A stretch of DNA of 64,000 nucleotides, from assembly GCA_035561095.1 (NCBI GenBank), contig DATMYE010000054.1, positions 35,202 through 99,201 on the forward strand. Direction: 5' to 3'. The position numbers were made by a program, and so were the translations under genes. Of the stretch, positions 1 through 9,197 are shown piece by piece (the first letter of the stretch is position 1; each line of letters starts with the position of its first letter). Source of the stretch: Clostridia bacterium (GTDB lineage: Bacteria; Bacillota; Clostridia; Christensenellales; CAG-138). Below the pieces are notes generated by a model that was not told where the DNA came from, made no database searches, and saw nothing but the letters and a program-made list of their open reading frames with translations.

Positions 1-758
1 GTGAGCCCGTTGCCGACGGATTTCACCTGCTGCTGGTCGTCCGTCGGCATCACGGGCGCGATGTCCAGTCCGTTTGCGAACGCGTGCAGCATGGTGCCCG
101 CCTTGCCGAACTGCGCGCGCAGAAACGGCTCCGGTGTGTTCGCGAGGTCTCCGATGGTGACGATGCCGTATTTGAGCAGCTTTGTTTCCGTCGCTCTGCC
201 GACGTACAGCAGATCCCGCGCGGGCAGCGGCCACGCGACAGATTGATAGTTGTCCGGCGAAACCAGCGTCACCGCGTCCGGCTTTTTGATGTCCGAACCC
301 AGCTTTGCAAACACCTTGTTGTCCGCAACGCCCACGGAAACCGTGATGCCGAGCTCTTCGCGGACGCGGTTTTTGATCACCTCCGCGAGGCGGTGCGCAT
401 CCGCCATGTCGCTTGTGGAGCCGGTGACGTCGATCCAGTTTTCGTCGAGGCCGAAGGCCTCCACCCGGTCGGAATACTCGCCGTAGATCGAGCGTCCCAG
501 CGCGGAAAACTTCTGATATTGTGCAAAATCCGGCTTGACGGTGATCAAAAGCGGGCACTTCTGCTTGGCTTCCCAGATCGCCTCGCCCGTCTGCACGCCG
601 AACTTCTTGGCGAGCTGGTTTTTGGCGAGTATGATGCCGTGCCGCGCCTCGGGATTGCCCGCGACGGCGACGGGGTGCGACCTGAGCGCGGGGTCGAGAA
701 AGCACGCCACGGAGGCATAGAAGCTGTTGAAATCCGCGTGGAGAATCCTGCGTCCCAT
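1..758 (-). CDS. dinB: DNA polymerase IV (Y-family), 5' part; runs off the window start
   Basis: Minus-strand translation from ATG at 758: MGRRILHADFNSFYASVACFLDPALRSHPVAVAGNPEARHGIILAKNQLAKKFGVQTGEAIWEAKQKCP...FGLDENWIDVT, matching DinB catalytic motifs. Absent from the ORF track, probably because its stop lies outside the window. Confidence 0.93.
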   Translation of the reverse strand, partial: MGRRILHADFNSFYASVACFLDPALRSHPVAVAGNPEARHGIILAKNQLAKKFGVQTGEAIWEAKQKCPLLITVKPDFAQYQKFSALGRSIYGEYSDRVEAFGLDENWIDVTGSTSDMADAHRLAEVIKNRVREELGITVSVGVADNKVFAKLGSDIKKPDAVTLVSPDNYQSVAWPLPARDLLYVGRATETKLLKYGIVTIGDLANTPEPFLRAQFGKAGTMLHAFANGLDIAPVMPTDDQQQVKSVGNGL

Positions 759-808
759 CGGCGCGCCCTTTCCGCCGCGGAGAAGCACGATGCGGCAAAC
801 TCGATATA

Positions 809-822
809 CGAACTAATGTTCG
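809..822. promoter_or_regulatory. LexA/DinR SOS box
   Basis: CGAACTAATGTTCG is a perfect Firmicute CGAAC-N4-GTTCG box, lying between the dinB promoter and start codon. Confidence 0.9.
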
Positions 823-829
823 CATCTAT

Positions 830-857
830 AGTATACCCCGTATTTTCGGGTTGTCAA
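830..857 (-). promoter_or_regulatory. sigmaA-type promoter of dinB
   Basis: Minus strand TTGACA (857-852), 16 nt spacer, TATACT (835-830). Confidence 0.7.
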
Positions 858-1051
858 GTGAGGCGCTGCGCGTACAAACGCGTAAAAAAGCGGGGCAATA
901 GGAGCCGAAGTTTCGCGGCAACGGTCGATTTTATGCAATGCGATATGTTATACTGAACAGGTATATGCAACAACTGCGCGTGTTTGCGGCAAACAGGGAG
1001 CGAGCCTGCCGCGCGCACGATAGAATCAAGCAATGAAAGGGAAGAACCGCC

Positions 1052-2827
1052 ATGAACACCAGAGATCAGATCGCAGATTCGCTGAAATGGAACCTGAACG
1101 ATATCTACGCCACCGAAGCGCTTTGGGAGACGGACTTTTCCGCGGCGCAGGCGCTGGTCGCGGATTTTCCGTCGCACGCGGGCAAACTTTCGGCGAGCGC
1201 GGACGCTTTGTATGCGGCGCTTTGCGACGACAGCAGCGTCTGGCTGCTGGTCGAGCGCGTCTACACCTACGCCCATCTGCACAAGGACGAGGACAACGGC
1301 AACACGAAGTATCAGGGCATGACCGACCGCGCGATGCAGCTCTATGTCTCCGCGCAGGCGGCGTCCTCCTTCCTCGAGCCGGAGATTTTGACGATTCCCG
1401 AAGACACCCTGCTTTCGTGGGCGGCTGAGGAGCGCTTCGCGCGCTTCCGCTTCCGCATCGCGGATATCGACCGCCGCCGCGCGCACACGCTCTCCACCGA
1501 AGAGGAGCGCCTCATGGCGATGGCGCAAGAGCCGCTCTCCGGCGCGGATAACATCTTCACGATGCTTTCGGACGTCGACCTCGACTACGGCACCGTGGTC
1601 AACGAAACCGGCGAGACGGTCAAGCTCACCCACGGCAGCTATAATATGTTTATCGTCAGCCCCGACCGCCGCGTGCGCCGGGATGCGTACGAGACGTTCT
1701 ACAAAGCCTACCGCAGCATGAAGAACACCCTCAACGCAACCTACTCCACCTCGGTCAAGGGAGATGTGTTCCAGGCGCGTGCGCATAAGTTTGAGGGAGC
1801 GATGGAAGCCGCGCTGGACAGCAACGGCGTGCCGGTCGCGGTGTACGAGCAGCTCATCGAAGCCGTGCACGAGATGTTGCCGGTGCTGAAGAAATACCTC
1901 GGCATCCGCAAGCGCGTGATGAAGGTCGATCAGCTGGAGATGTACGATCTGTATGTGCCCATCACGCCGGACGCGGATGACGACATGCCTTATGAAGCGG
2001 CGAAGGCGCTCGTCAAGGAGGCGCTCAAGCCCCTCGGCGAGGAGTATCAGCAGCTGTTAGACAAGTCCTATACCGAAGGCTGGATCGACGTATACGAAAC
2101 GCCGGGCAAGACCAGCGGCGCGTTCTGCGCGGAGACCTACGGCGTGCATCCCTATGTGCTGCTAAACTTCCAGGGCAAGACGGACGACGCCTTCACCCTT
2201 GGCCACGAGCTCGGCCACGCGATGCATTCGCACTATTCCGCAGAAGCGCAGCCGTTTGAAACCTCGCACTACCGCATCCTTGCGGCGGAGGTTGCCTCCA
2301 CTGTCAACGAAACGCTGATGACGCACCACCTGCTCAAAGGCGAGACGGACCGCGTCAAGCGCGCCTACTATATCACGCAATTCCTCGAATCCTTCCGCAC
2401 GACGTGCTTTAGGCAGACCATGTTCGCGGAGTTTGAGATGAAGGCGCACCGCATGGCGGAGAGCGGCGAGCCGCTGACCGTCGACAGCCTGTCGGCGATG
2501 TACCGCGCGCTCAACGAGCTGTATTATGATGGCGCGCATGTGGACGACAACATTGCTCTTGAGTGGATGCGCATCCCGCATTTTTACAATGCGTTCTATG
2601 TCTACCAGTACGCGACAGGACTCTGCTCCGCGGTCAAGCTCGCGGACGACATCCTCCACGGCGGCGCGGTGGAGCGCTACATCAACTTCCTCAAGAGCGG
2701 CGGCAGCGATTATCCGATCGAGGAGCTGAAGGCTGCCGGCGTCGACCTGACCAAGAAGGAGAGCATCCTTGCGTCCCTCCGCGTGTTCGCGCAGTATGTG
2801 GACGAGCTGGACGCCCTGATGCAATAA
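1052..2827 (+). CDS. pepF: Oligoendopeptidase F (M3B)
   Basis: 591 aa; KWNLNDIY N-terminus, HPYVLLN, HELGHAMHS zinc motif, AEVAST, WMRIPHFY..FYVYQYATG. Confidence 0.95.
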   Translation: MNTRDQIADSLKWNLNDIYATEALWETDFSAAQALVADFPSHAGKLSASADALYAALCDDSSVWLLVERVYTYAHLHKDEDNGNTKYQGMTDRAMQLYVSAQAASSFLEPEILTIPEDTLLSWAAEERFARFRFRIADIDRRRAHTLSTEEERLMAMAQEPLSGADNIFTMLSDVDLDYGTVVNETGETVKLTHGSYNMFIVSPDRRVRRDAYETFYKAYRSMKNTLNATYSTSVKGDVFQARAHKFEGAMEAALDSNGVPVAVYEQLIEAVHEMLPVLKKYLGIRKRVMKVDQLEMYDLYVPITPDADDDMPYEAAKALVKEALKPLGEEYQQLLDKSYTEGWIDVYETPGKTSGAFCAETYGVHPYVLLNFQGKTDDAFTLGHELGHAMHSHYSAEAQPFETSHYRILAAEVASTVNETLMTHHLLKGETDRVKRAYYITQFLESFRTTCFRQTMFAEFEMKAHRMAESGEPLTVDSLSAMYRALNELYYDGAHVDDNIALEWMRIPHFYNAFYVYQYATGLCSAVKLADDILHGGAVERYINFLKSGGSDYPIEELKAAGVDLTKKESILASLRVFAQYVDELDALMQ

Positions 2828-2873
2828 GCATTTACGAAAAACCAAGTAATTTAGAAATAAGGAGAGCTTTTTT

Positions 2874-3200
2874 ATGGAGAGCAAGGAATATAACGAGCAG
2901 GACGCGAAAGCGTATATCCTCAACTGCTTCCGCGAGCAGGGCGATTTTGCCGAGATCACGGACGAGAAGACGCTGGATGCGATGGTGACCGCCGTGATGG
3001 CGCACGACGCCGCATATATGAAACAGAGCGGCGCGGACGAGGGCGAGGTCTATGACGACGACGCGGCCTACGACTACATGCACGAGAAGATGAGCGAGCA
3101 GTTTGCCGATCTCAAGATGTACATGCTCCGCCTCGTCGAGGACTACATGGACTACAACGAGCGCTACCTTGACAGCCTCGGGCTGATCGACTGGGAGTAA
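2874..3200 (+). CDS. Hypothetical acidic protein (108 aa)
   Basis: AAGGAG RBS, genome-typical GC3-rich codons, directly follows pepF. Confidence 0.8.
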   Translation: MESKEYNEQDAKAYILNCFREQGDFAEITDEKTLDAMVTAVMAHDAAYMKQSGADEGEVYDDDAAYDYMHEKMSEQFADLKMYMLRLVEDYMDYNERYLDSLGLIDWE

Positions 3201-3577
3201 AACAACACGCGGGCGGAACGCGTTGCGGAAGAAATCTTCTTCCGCAGTGCGACGAACCAGGCAAATGATGTAAAAAAGCGCGCAGTTCGGCTGAATTTGC
3301 GCGTTTTTTTCTTGGTTTTGGTTGAGGAAAGAGTTCGCGGCGTGGTAGAATAAATCCGTCTGAAAAAAATAGATGGAGCAAAACGAATTTTTTAAGCCTC
3401 GCTCCAGACTGCATTTCTGAATTACTTCGATCGCAGGTATATAAAATTAATATCGATATTATGATACTGATAGCTTTTCTTTTGCGGATGACCGCAGTAT
3501 AATAGGCAACGTAATTTGAAAGAGCCACTCAAAACATCTTTCATCGCAACCTGGTAGCAGCATCGAAAGGAGACCCT

Positions 3578-4441
3578 ATGTACCGAATCGTAACCAAACG
3601 CCCGCTGCATGAAACGGTCACGCTCATGGAGGTGGAGGCGCCCTACATCGCGAAGAAAGCGAAGCCGGGGCAGTTCATCATCCTGCGCGTGGACGACAAC
3701 GGAGAGCGCGTTCCGCTGACCGTCGCGGGGACGGACCCCGTGCGCGGCACGGTGACCATCATCTACCAGAAGGTCGGCTACACGACCAAAAGGCTGGACG
3801 TGCTGAACGAAGGCGACAGCATTCTGGACTTCGTAGGTCCCCTGGGCGTGGCGAGTCACTTGGGCGGCATGAAGAAGGTCGCGGTCATCGGCGGCGGCTT
3901 GGGCGTCGCCATCGCATATCCGCAGGCGAAAGCGCTGCACGATATGGGCGCGGAAGTGGACGTCATCGTGGGGTTCCGCAATACCGACCTCATGATCCTC
4001 ATGGACGAGCTGAAAGAGGCGAGCACGAACCTGTATGTCATGACGGACGACGGATCAAACGGACACAAGGGTTTCGTGACCTCCGCGCTGGAGGAACTGC
4101 TCAATTCGGGTAAAGAATACGACCACGTGATCGCCATCGGCCCCTTGGTCATGATGCGCGCGGTTGTGAATATCACCAAGCCCCGCAATATCCCCACCGT
4201 GATCTCGATGAACCCCATCATGATCGACGGCACGGGCATGTGCGGCTGCTGCCGCGTCACCGTCGGCGGCGAGATGAAGTTTGCCTGTGTGGACGGACCC
4301 GATTTCGACGGCTTTTTGATCGACTGGGACGAGGCCATCGCCCGCGGCAGGATGTATCGCAAAGAAGAGGCGCAGAGCCTCGAATGCAAGGCCTGCAACC
4401 TGACCAATCTGGAATTGCAGACCAAGCGGGGAGGGAACTGA
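3578..4441 (+). CDS. nfnA: NfnA-like / sulfide-dihydroorotate dehydrogenase-like FAD/NAD-binding [2Fe-2S] subunit
   Basis: AKPGQFIILR, GERVPLT, GPLG, GGGLG, MIDGTGMCGCCRV..KFACVDGPDF; AAAGGAG RBS. Confidence 0.88.
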   Translation: MYRIVTKRPLHETVTLMEVEAPYIAKKAKPGQFIILRVDDNGERVPLTVAGTDPVRGTVTIIYQKVGYTTKRLDVLNEGDSILDFVGPLGVASHLGGMKKVAVIGGGLGVAIAYPQAKALHDMGAEVDVIVGFRNTDLMILMDELKEASTNLYVMTDDGSNGHKGFVTSALEELLNSGKEYDHVIAIGPLVMMRAVVNITKPRNIPTVISMNPIMIDGTGMCGCCRVTVGGEMKFACVDGPDFDGFLIDWDEAIARGRMYRKEEAQSLECKACNLTNLELQTKRGGN

Positions 4442-4444
4442 GCC

Positions 4445-5839
4445 ATGCCGAATATGAGTTTGACCAAACTGCCCGCACGCGAGCAGGAACCGGATATCCG
4501 CAACTGTAACTTCGAAGAGGTTTCGCAGGGCTACGACGAGGCGATGGCCATCGAAGAAGCGACGCGCTGCCTCAACTGCAAGCATAAGCCATGCGTGGCT
4601 GGCTGCCCCGTCAACGTCCGTATCCCGGAATTCATTCAGCTGGTGATTGCGGGCAAGTTCATGGAAGCCAACGACGTCATCCGCTCCACAAACGCCTTGC
4701 CCGCCGTCTGCGGACGTGTCTGCCCGCAGGAGACCCAGTGCGAGGAGAAGTGCGTGCGCGGCATCAAGGGCGAGCCAGTCGGCATCGGTCGTCTTGAGCG
4801 CTTCGTCGCGGACTACGCGATGACGCACGGCATGGAGACGCCTGTACCCCTGCCCGACAACGGCAAGAAGGTCGCCATCGTCGGCAGCGGCCCTGCGGGA
4901 CTGACCTGCGCGGGAGACCTCCGCAAGCTTGGATACGAAGTCACTATCTTTGAGGCGCTCCATACCCCTGGCGGCGTTCTCGTATATGGCATCCCCGAAT
5001 TTCGCCTGCCCAAGCAGCTGGTGCGGGACGAGATCAAAATCCTCGAAGACATGGGTGTGAAGATCGAGACCAACATGGTCGTCGGTCGCAGCATCACGCT
5101 CGACGAGCTTTTAAACGAAGAAGGCTACAGCGCGGTCTTCGTCGGCAGTGGCGCGGGCTTGCCGCGCTTCCAGGGAATCCCCGGCGAAAACCTCAACGGC
5201 GTGTATTCCGCCAACGAATTCTTGACGCGCATCAACCTCATGAAGGCGTACAGCTTCCCGAATTCGGACACGCCCGTGCAGGTCGGCAAAAACGCGGCGG
5301 TCGTCGGCGGCGGAAACGTCGCGATGGACGCGGCGAGAAGCGCAAAGCGTCTGGGCGCGGAGAACGTCTACATCGTCTATCGACGCGGCGAGGCGGAGAT
5401 GCCCGCGCGTGTCGAGGAAGTGCACCACGCGAAGGAAGAGGGCATCATCTTCAAGATGCTGACCAATCCCACCGAGATTCTCGGCGACGAGAATGGCTAC
5501 GTCAAGGGCATGACCTGCGTGGAGATGGAATTGGGCGAACCCGACTCCTCCGGACGCAGGCGTCCCGTCGTCAAGCCGGGCAGCGAGCACACGATCGATG
5601 TCGACACCGTCGTGATCGCGATCGGAAACAGCCCGAACCCGCTGATCAAGAACACCACGCCGGGTCTCGCCACCGAAAAGTGGGGCGGCATCATCGTGGA
5701 CGAATGCACGGGCAAGACCAGCCGCGACCACGTCTACGCGGGCGGCGACACGGTTACGGGAGCCGCGACTGTCATCCTCGCGATGGGCGCAGGAAAAACC
5801 GCCGCAGCCGCAATCCATGAGGAACTGAGTAAGGCATAA
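4445..5839 (+). CDS. nfnB: NfnB / GltD-like NADPH-dependent oxidoreductase large subunit (often annotated as homotetrameric glutamate synthase)
   Basis: RCLNCKHKPCVAGCP and CGRVCPQETQCE Fe-S motifs, GSGPAG, YGIPEFRLP, GGGNVAMD, GGDTVTGAATV; paired with nfnA. Confidence 0.88.
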   Translation: MPNMSLTKLPAREQEPDIRNCNFEEVSQGYDEAMAIEEATRCLNCKHKPCVAGCPVNVRIPEFIQLVIAGKFMEANDVIRSTNALPAVCGRVCPQETQCEEKCVRGIKGEPVGIGRLERFVADYAMTHGMETPVPLPDNGKKVAIVGSGPAGLTCAGDLRKLGYEVTIFEALHTPGGVLVYGIPEFRLPKQLVRDEIKILEDMGVKIETNMVVGRSITLDELLNEEGYSAVFVGSGAGLPRFQGIPGENLNGVYSANEFLTRINLMKAYSFPNSDTPVQVGKNAAVVGGGNVAMDAARSAKRLGAENVYIVYRRGEAEMPARVEEVHHAKEEGIIFKMLTNPTEILGDENGYVKGMTCVEMELGEPDSSGRRRPVVKPGSEHTIDVDTVVIAIGNSPNPLIKNTTPGLATEKWGGIIVDECTGKTSRDHVYAGGDTVTGAATVILAMGAGKTAAAAIHEELSKA

Positions 5840-5840
5840 T

Positions 5841-5949
5841 CTTCTTTTCTAAAAAAAAAAAGAAGCAAAAGAATTCTCCTTTGTTGTACAATAAAGCGTA
5901 TAACAGAGGAGTTTCTTTTTGTTTCTTTTTCTTTTCAAAGAAAAAGAAG
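5841..5949. repeat. Inverted pair of AT-rich REP-like palindromic elements (copies A and B)
   Basis: CTTCTTTTCT-A-run-GAAGCAAAAGAATTCTCCT (5841-5880) followed by a near reverse complement AGGAGTTTCTTTTTGTTTCTTTTTCTTTTCAAAGAAAAAGAAG (5907-5949). Confidence 0.75.
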
Positions 5950-5965
5950 AAAAGAAAAGTATTTT

Positions 5966-7336
5966 ATGAAAATCTCAATCCCCGAAAACCTTCTGCCCTT
6001 GGCGGAGGCGTTTGCAAAAGAACATACAGAAGCATTTGCCGTCGGCGGGTTGGTGCGCAACGCGCTATTAAACCTGCCGCCGTCGGATATCGACGTCTGC
6101 TCGCAGCTCAGTCCGCAGGAGATTGTGGAACGTATGCCGCGGCACGGTATCCGCGTGATCGAGAAAGCCGCCGAGATGGGCACCGTGGAACTGCATTTTG
6201 ACGGCGTGATCGTCGAGCACACGACCTTCCGGCGGGAGGCGTATGCAGACGGCGGCGAGCACCGCCCGCGCATGGTTGCGTTCGGCGAGAGCCTTACGGA
6301 CGACGCGTGGCGGCGGGACTTCTCCGTCAACGCGCTGTATGCAAATCTGCACACAGGCGAGGTCAGCGACCCCACGGACGGCATCCCCGATCTGCAACAA
6401 CGCATCATCCGCACGACCAGTGCCGATCCGGACGACATCCTGCGTTCCGACGCCTTACGTGTGCTGCGGCTGGTTCGCTTTGCCTGTGAGCTGGGGTTTG
6501 CAATCGACGAAAACACATGGCAGGCCGCGAAACGAAACGCGCCGAAGCTTGCGGATATCGCAGCGGAGCGCAGGCGGCAGGAGTTTGTAAAGATTCTGCT
6601 CACTGACGCGCGCTACCCCGAACTGGGCAGAGACGAGCTGCGTTCACCCATGCGCGGGTTGCGCTTGCTGGACGAACTGGACGTTTGGGCGTTCCTCGTG
6701 CCGGAGTTTGATCTTGCGCGCGGCATGGCGCAGCGGCCGGATCACCACCGCTATGATGTGCTGGAGCACAGCTTTCGCGTTGCGGCGGCGGCACCGGCCA
6801 CGGAGAAGCTGCGGCTTGCGGGTCTGCTGCACGACGTCGGCAAGCCCGACTGCAAGCGTGAGACGGGCGTGCAGTACGCGCACGACAAATACGGCGAGCG
6901 GATATCAAAGCGCGTGCTGGGAGACCTGCGCTTCCCGACGAAGACCATCACCGAGGTGAGCCAGCTCGTCGAAGGGCACATGTACGACATTCAGCACATG
7001 GCGAAGACGGATACACTCCGCGTGAAGTTTGCGACGTGGGGCAGGGAGCGCACGTGGGATCAGATTCTCCTGCGAGAGGCGGATGTCCGCGGCTGCGGGT
7101 ACGATGTGGACTATGTGGCCGAGGATTGGCGCGCGCTGTATGACACCATGCTGCACGACGGCACGCCGTTTTCCGAACGCGAGCTTGCCATCACGGGACA
7201 GCAGCTGATGGAGGCCTCAGGCCTCCCCGAAGGCAAAGAACTCGGCGAACTCAAGAAAAAGCTCTTTCTCCACTGCGTGAAGCATCCGCAGGATAATAAT
7301 TTGGCGCGGCTGACACAGCTGGCGAAAAAGAGATAG
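5966..7336 (+). CDS. cca: CCA tRNA nucleotidyltransferase with HD domain
   Basis: AVGGLVRN..DIDV, EHTTFRRE, DAWRRDFSVNA, SDALRVLRLVRF, LLHDVGKP. Confidence 0.9.
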   Translation: MKISIPENLLPLAEAFAKEHTEAFAVGGLVRNALLNLPPSDIDVCSQLSPQEIVERMPRHGIRVIEKAAEMGTVELHFDGVIVEHTTFRREAYADGGEHRPRMVAFGESLTDDAWRRDFSVNALYANLHTGEVSDPTDGIPDLQQRIIRTTSADPDDILRSDALRVLRLVRFACELGFAIDENTWQAAKRNAPKLADIAAERRRQEFVKILLTDARYPELGRDELRSPMRGLRLLDELDVWAFLVPEFDLARGMAQRPDHHRYDVLEHSFRVAAAAPATEKLRLAGLLHDVGKPDCKRETGVQYAHDKYGERISKRVLGDLRFPTKTITEVSQLVEGHMYDIQHMAKTDTLRVKFATWGRERTWDQILLREADVRGCGYDVDYVAEDWRALYDTMLHDGTPFSERELAITGQQLMEASGLPEGKELGELKKKLFLHCVKHPQDNNLARLTQLAKKR

Positions 7337-7376
7337 CGTAAAAATTCTTTTGCTACTTTTCTTTTAAGAAAAGTAG
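7337..7376. repeat. REP-like palindromic element (copy C)
   Basis: CGTAAAAATTCTTTTG-CTACTTTTCT-TTTA-AGAAAAGTAG, starting right after the cca stop codon. Confidence 0.75.
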
Positions 7377-7395
7377 AGTAGCCATCTCCCTTTAA

Positions 7396-7424
7396 TTGAC
7401 ATTTTCGGGCGGTTACCCGATAAT
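7396..7424 (+). promoter_or_regulatory. sigmaA-type promoter of glnS
   Basis: TTGACA (7396-7401), 17 nt spacer, GATAAT (7419-7424). Confidence 0.65.
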
Positions 7425-7453
7425 GTATGAAGTAAATTTGGAGGCAAACGGCA

Positions 7454-9121
7454 ATGGAAGAGGTAAAACGCCCAAAGAACTTCATCGAGGAGTTCATCGA
7501 AGAGGATATGCGCACGAAAGAGCCGCGCGTGCAGACCCGGTTCCCGCCCGAACCGAACGGATACCTGCACATCGGCCACGCGAAAGCCCTCGCGATTGAT
7601 TTTGGCATGGCGGAGCGCTTCGGCGGCATCTGCAACCTGCGCTACGACGACACGAATCCCGCAAAGGAGGACGTGGAATACGTCGACGCAATTCAGGCGG
7701 ATATCCAGTGGCTTGGTTTCCGCTGGAACGAGATCCTGTTTGGCTCCTCTTACTTTGACCAGTGCTACGACCTCGCCGTCAAGCTCATCAAAAAAGGCGT
7801 CGCCTATGTGGACGAACTGACAAAGGACGAAATGCGTGCCTATCGCGGCACGCTGACGCAGCCGGGCAAAAACAGCCCGTACCGCGACCGCCCTGTGGCC
7901 GAGAGCCTTGATCTCTTCGAGCGGATGCGCGCGGGCGAGTTCGAAGACGGAACAAAAACTCTCCGCGCGAAGATCGATATGGCGTCGCCGAACATCAACA
8001 TGCGCGATCCCGCGCTGTACCGCATCAAGCATGTGAGCCATCATCAGACGGGCGATAAGTGGTGCATCTATCCAATGTACGACTACGCGCACCCGATTCA
8101 GGACGCCATCGAGGGCGTGACGCACTCGCTCTGCTCGCTGGAATACGAGGCGCACCGACCGTTGTACGACTGGGTGATCGACCAGTGTGAGTTTTCGCCC
8201 AAGCCCCGCCAGATCGAGTTTGCGCGCCTGAACATCACGGACACGATCATGAGCAAGCGGTACCTCCGCCGCCTCGTGGAGGAAGGGTTCGTCTCCGGTT
8301 GGGACGACCCGCGGATGCCGACGCTCTGCGGTATGCGCCGCCGCGGCTACACCGCGCTAGCAATTCGCGACTTCCTCGATCGCATCGGCGTCTCCAAGGC
8401 GGACAGCGTCGTGGACGCCGCCATGCTGGAGCACTGCGTGCGCGAAGATCTCAACGACCACGCCGCCCGCAGGATGGCTGTGCTCGATCCGGTGCTCGTG
8501 GAAATTGAGAACTGGGACGAAGGCAAAATCGAGGAGATCGAGCTGGAGAACCACCCGAACCATCCCGAGATGGGCACGCGCAAGGTGCAGCTCGGCAAGC
8601 GCGTCTATATCGAGCGCGACGATTTTGCCGAGGTGCCGCCGAACAAGTTCTTCCGCCTCAAGCCGGATGGCGAAGTGCGCCTCAAGAGCGCGTACATCAT
8701 CAAGTGCGTGCGCTGGGAAAAGGACGAAGCGGGCAACATCACGAAGATCATCTGCAGCTACGATCCCATGAGCCACAGCGGCGAAGAAGCGCGCAAGGTC
8801 AAGGGCACGCTGCACTGGGTCAATGCGGACGACGCGGTCGCGGCCGAATTCCGGCTTTATGACACGCTCATGAAGAGCGAAGTGGCGGCGGACGACGCGG
8901 AGGATGAGGAAGAAGCGGTCGAGAAGGATTTTGTCGACAAGCTCAACCCCGACTCGCTCGTGATCCTGCGCGGCTTTGTCGAACCTGCGCTGAAAAATGC
9001 CCCGGCTGGCGAGCACTATCAGTTCCTGCGCGAAGGGTATTTCTGCGCGGATCTGACGAGCACGCCCGAAGCTCCGGTCTTCAACCGCACGGTTGGCCTC
9101 AAAGACAGCTACAAAGCATAA
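7454..9121 (+). CDS. glnS: Glutamine--tRNA ligase
   Basis: TRFPPEPNGYLHIGHAK, WCIYPMYDYAH, IMSKR, GWDDPRMPT, KVKGTLHWV, FNRTVGLKD. Confidence 0.96.
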   Translation: MEEVKRPKNFIEEFIEEDMRTKEPRVQTRFPPEPNGYLHIGHAKALAIDFGMAERFGGICNLRYDDTNPAKEDVEYVDAIQADIQWLGFRWNEILFGSSYFDQCYDLAVKLIKKGVAYVDELTKDEMRAYRGTLTQPGKNSPYRDRPVAESLDLFERMRAGEFEDGTKTLRAKIDMASPNINMRDPALYRIKHVSHHQTGDKWCIYPMYDYAHPIQDAIEGVTHSLCSLEYEAHRPLYDWVIDQCEFSPKPRQIEFARLNITDTIMSKRYLRRLVEEGFVSGWDDPRMPTLCGMRRRGYTALAIRDFLDRIGVSKADSVVDAAMLEHCVREDLNDHAARRMAVLDPVLVEIENWDEGKIEEIELENHPNHPEMGTRKVQLGKRVYIERDDFAEVPPNKFFRLKPDGEVRLKSAYIIKCVRWEKDEAGNITKIICSYDPMSHSGEEARKVKGTLHWVNADDAVAAEFRLYDTLMKSEVAADDAEDEEEAVEKDFVDKLNPDSLVILRGFVEPALKNAPAGEHYQFLREGYFCADLTSTPEAPVFNRTVGLKDSYKA

Positions 9122-9161
9122 TTCTTTTCTTAAAAGAAAAGAATCAAAAGAATTTTTTACG
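9122..9161. repeat. REP-like palindromic element (copy D, opposite orientation to C)
   Basis: TTCTTTTCT-TAAA-AGAAAAGAA-TCAAAAGAATTTTTTACG; its reverse complement nearly matches copy C. Confidence 0.75.
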
Positions 9162-9197
9162 ATATGTTCCCTTCGGGGAATAAAGGAGTAACCCAAC

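Noticed and set aside
84..956. 290-aa plus-strand ORF and other long antisense ORFs (e.g. 12523-14295, 27488-28405, 48264-50519, 53122-54675)
   Set aside because: They are shadow frames opposite well-supported genes, expected in GC3-rich DNA, and show no recognisable motifs.
7376..7453. T-box leader before glnS or gltX
   Set aside because: The intergenic regions are too short and lack the T-box sequence.
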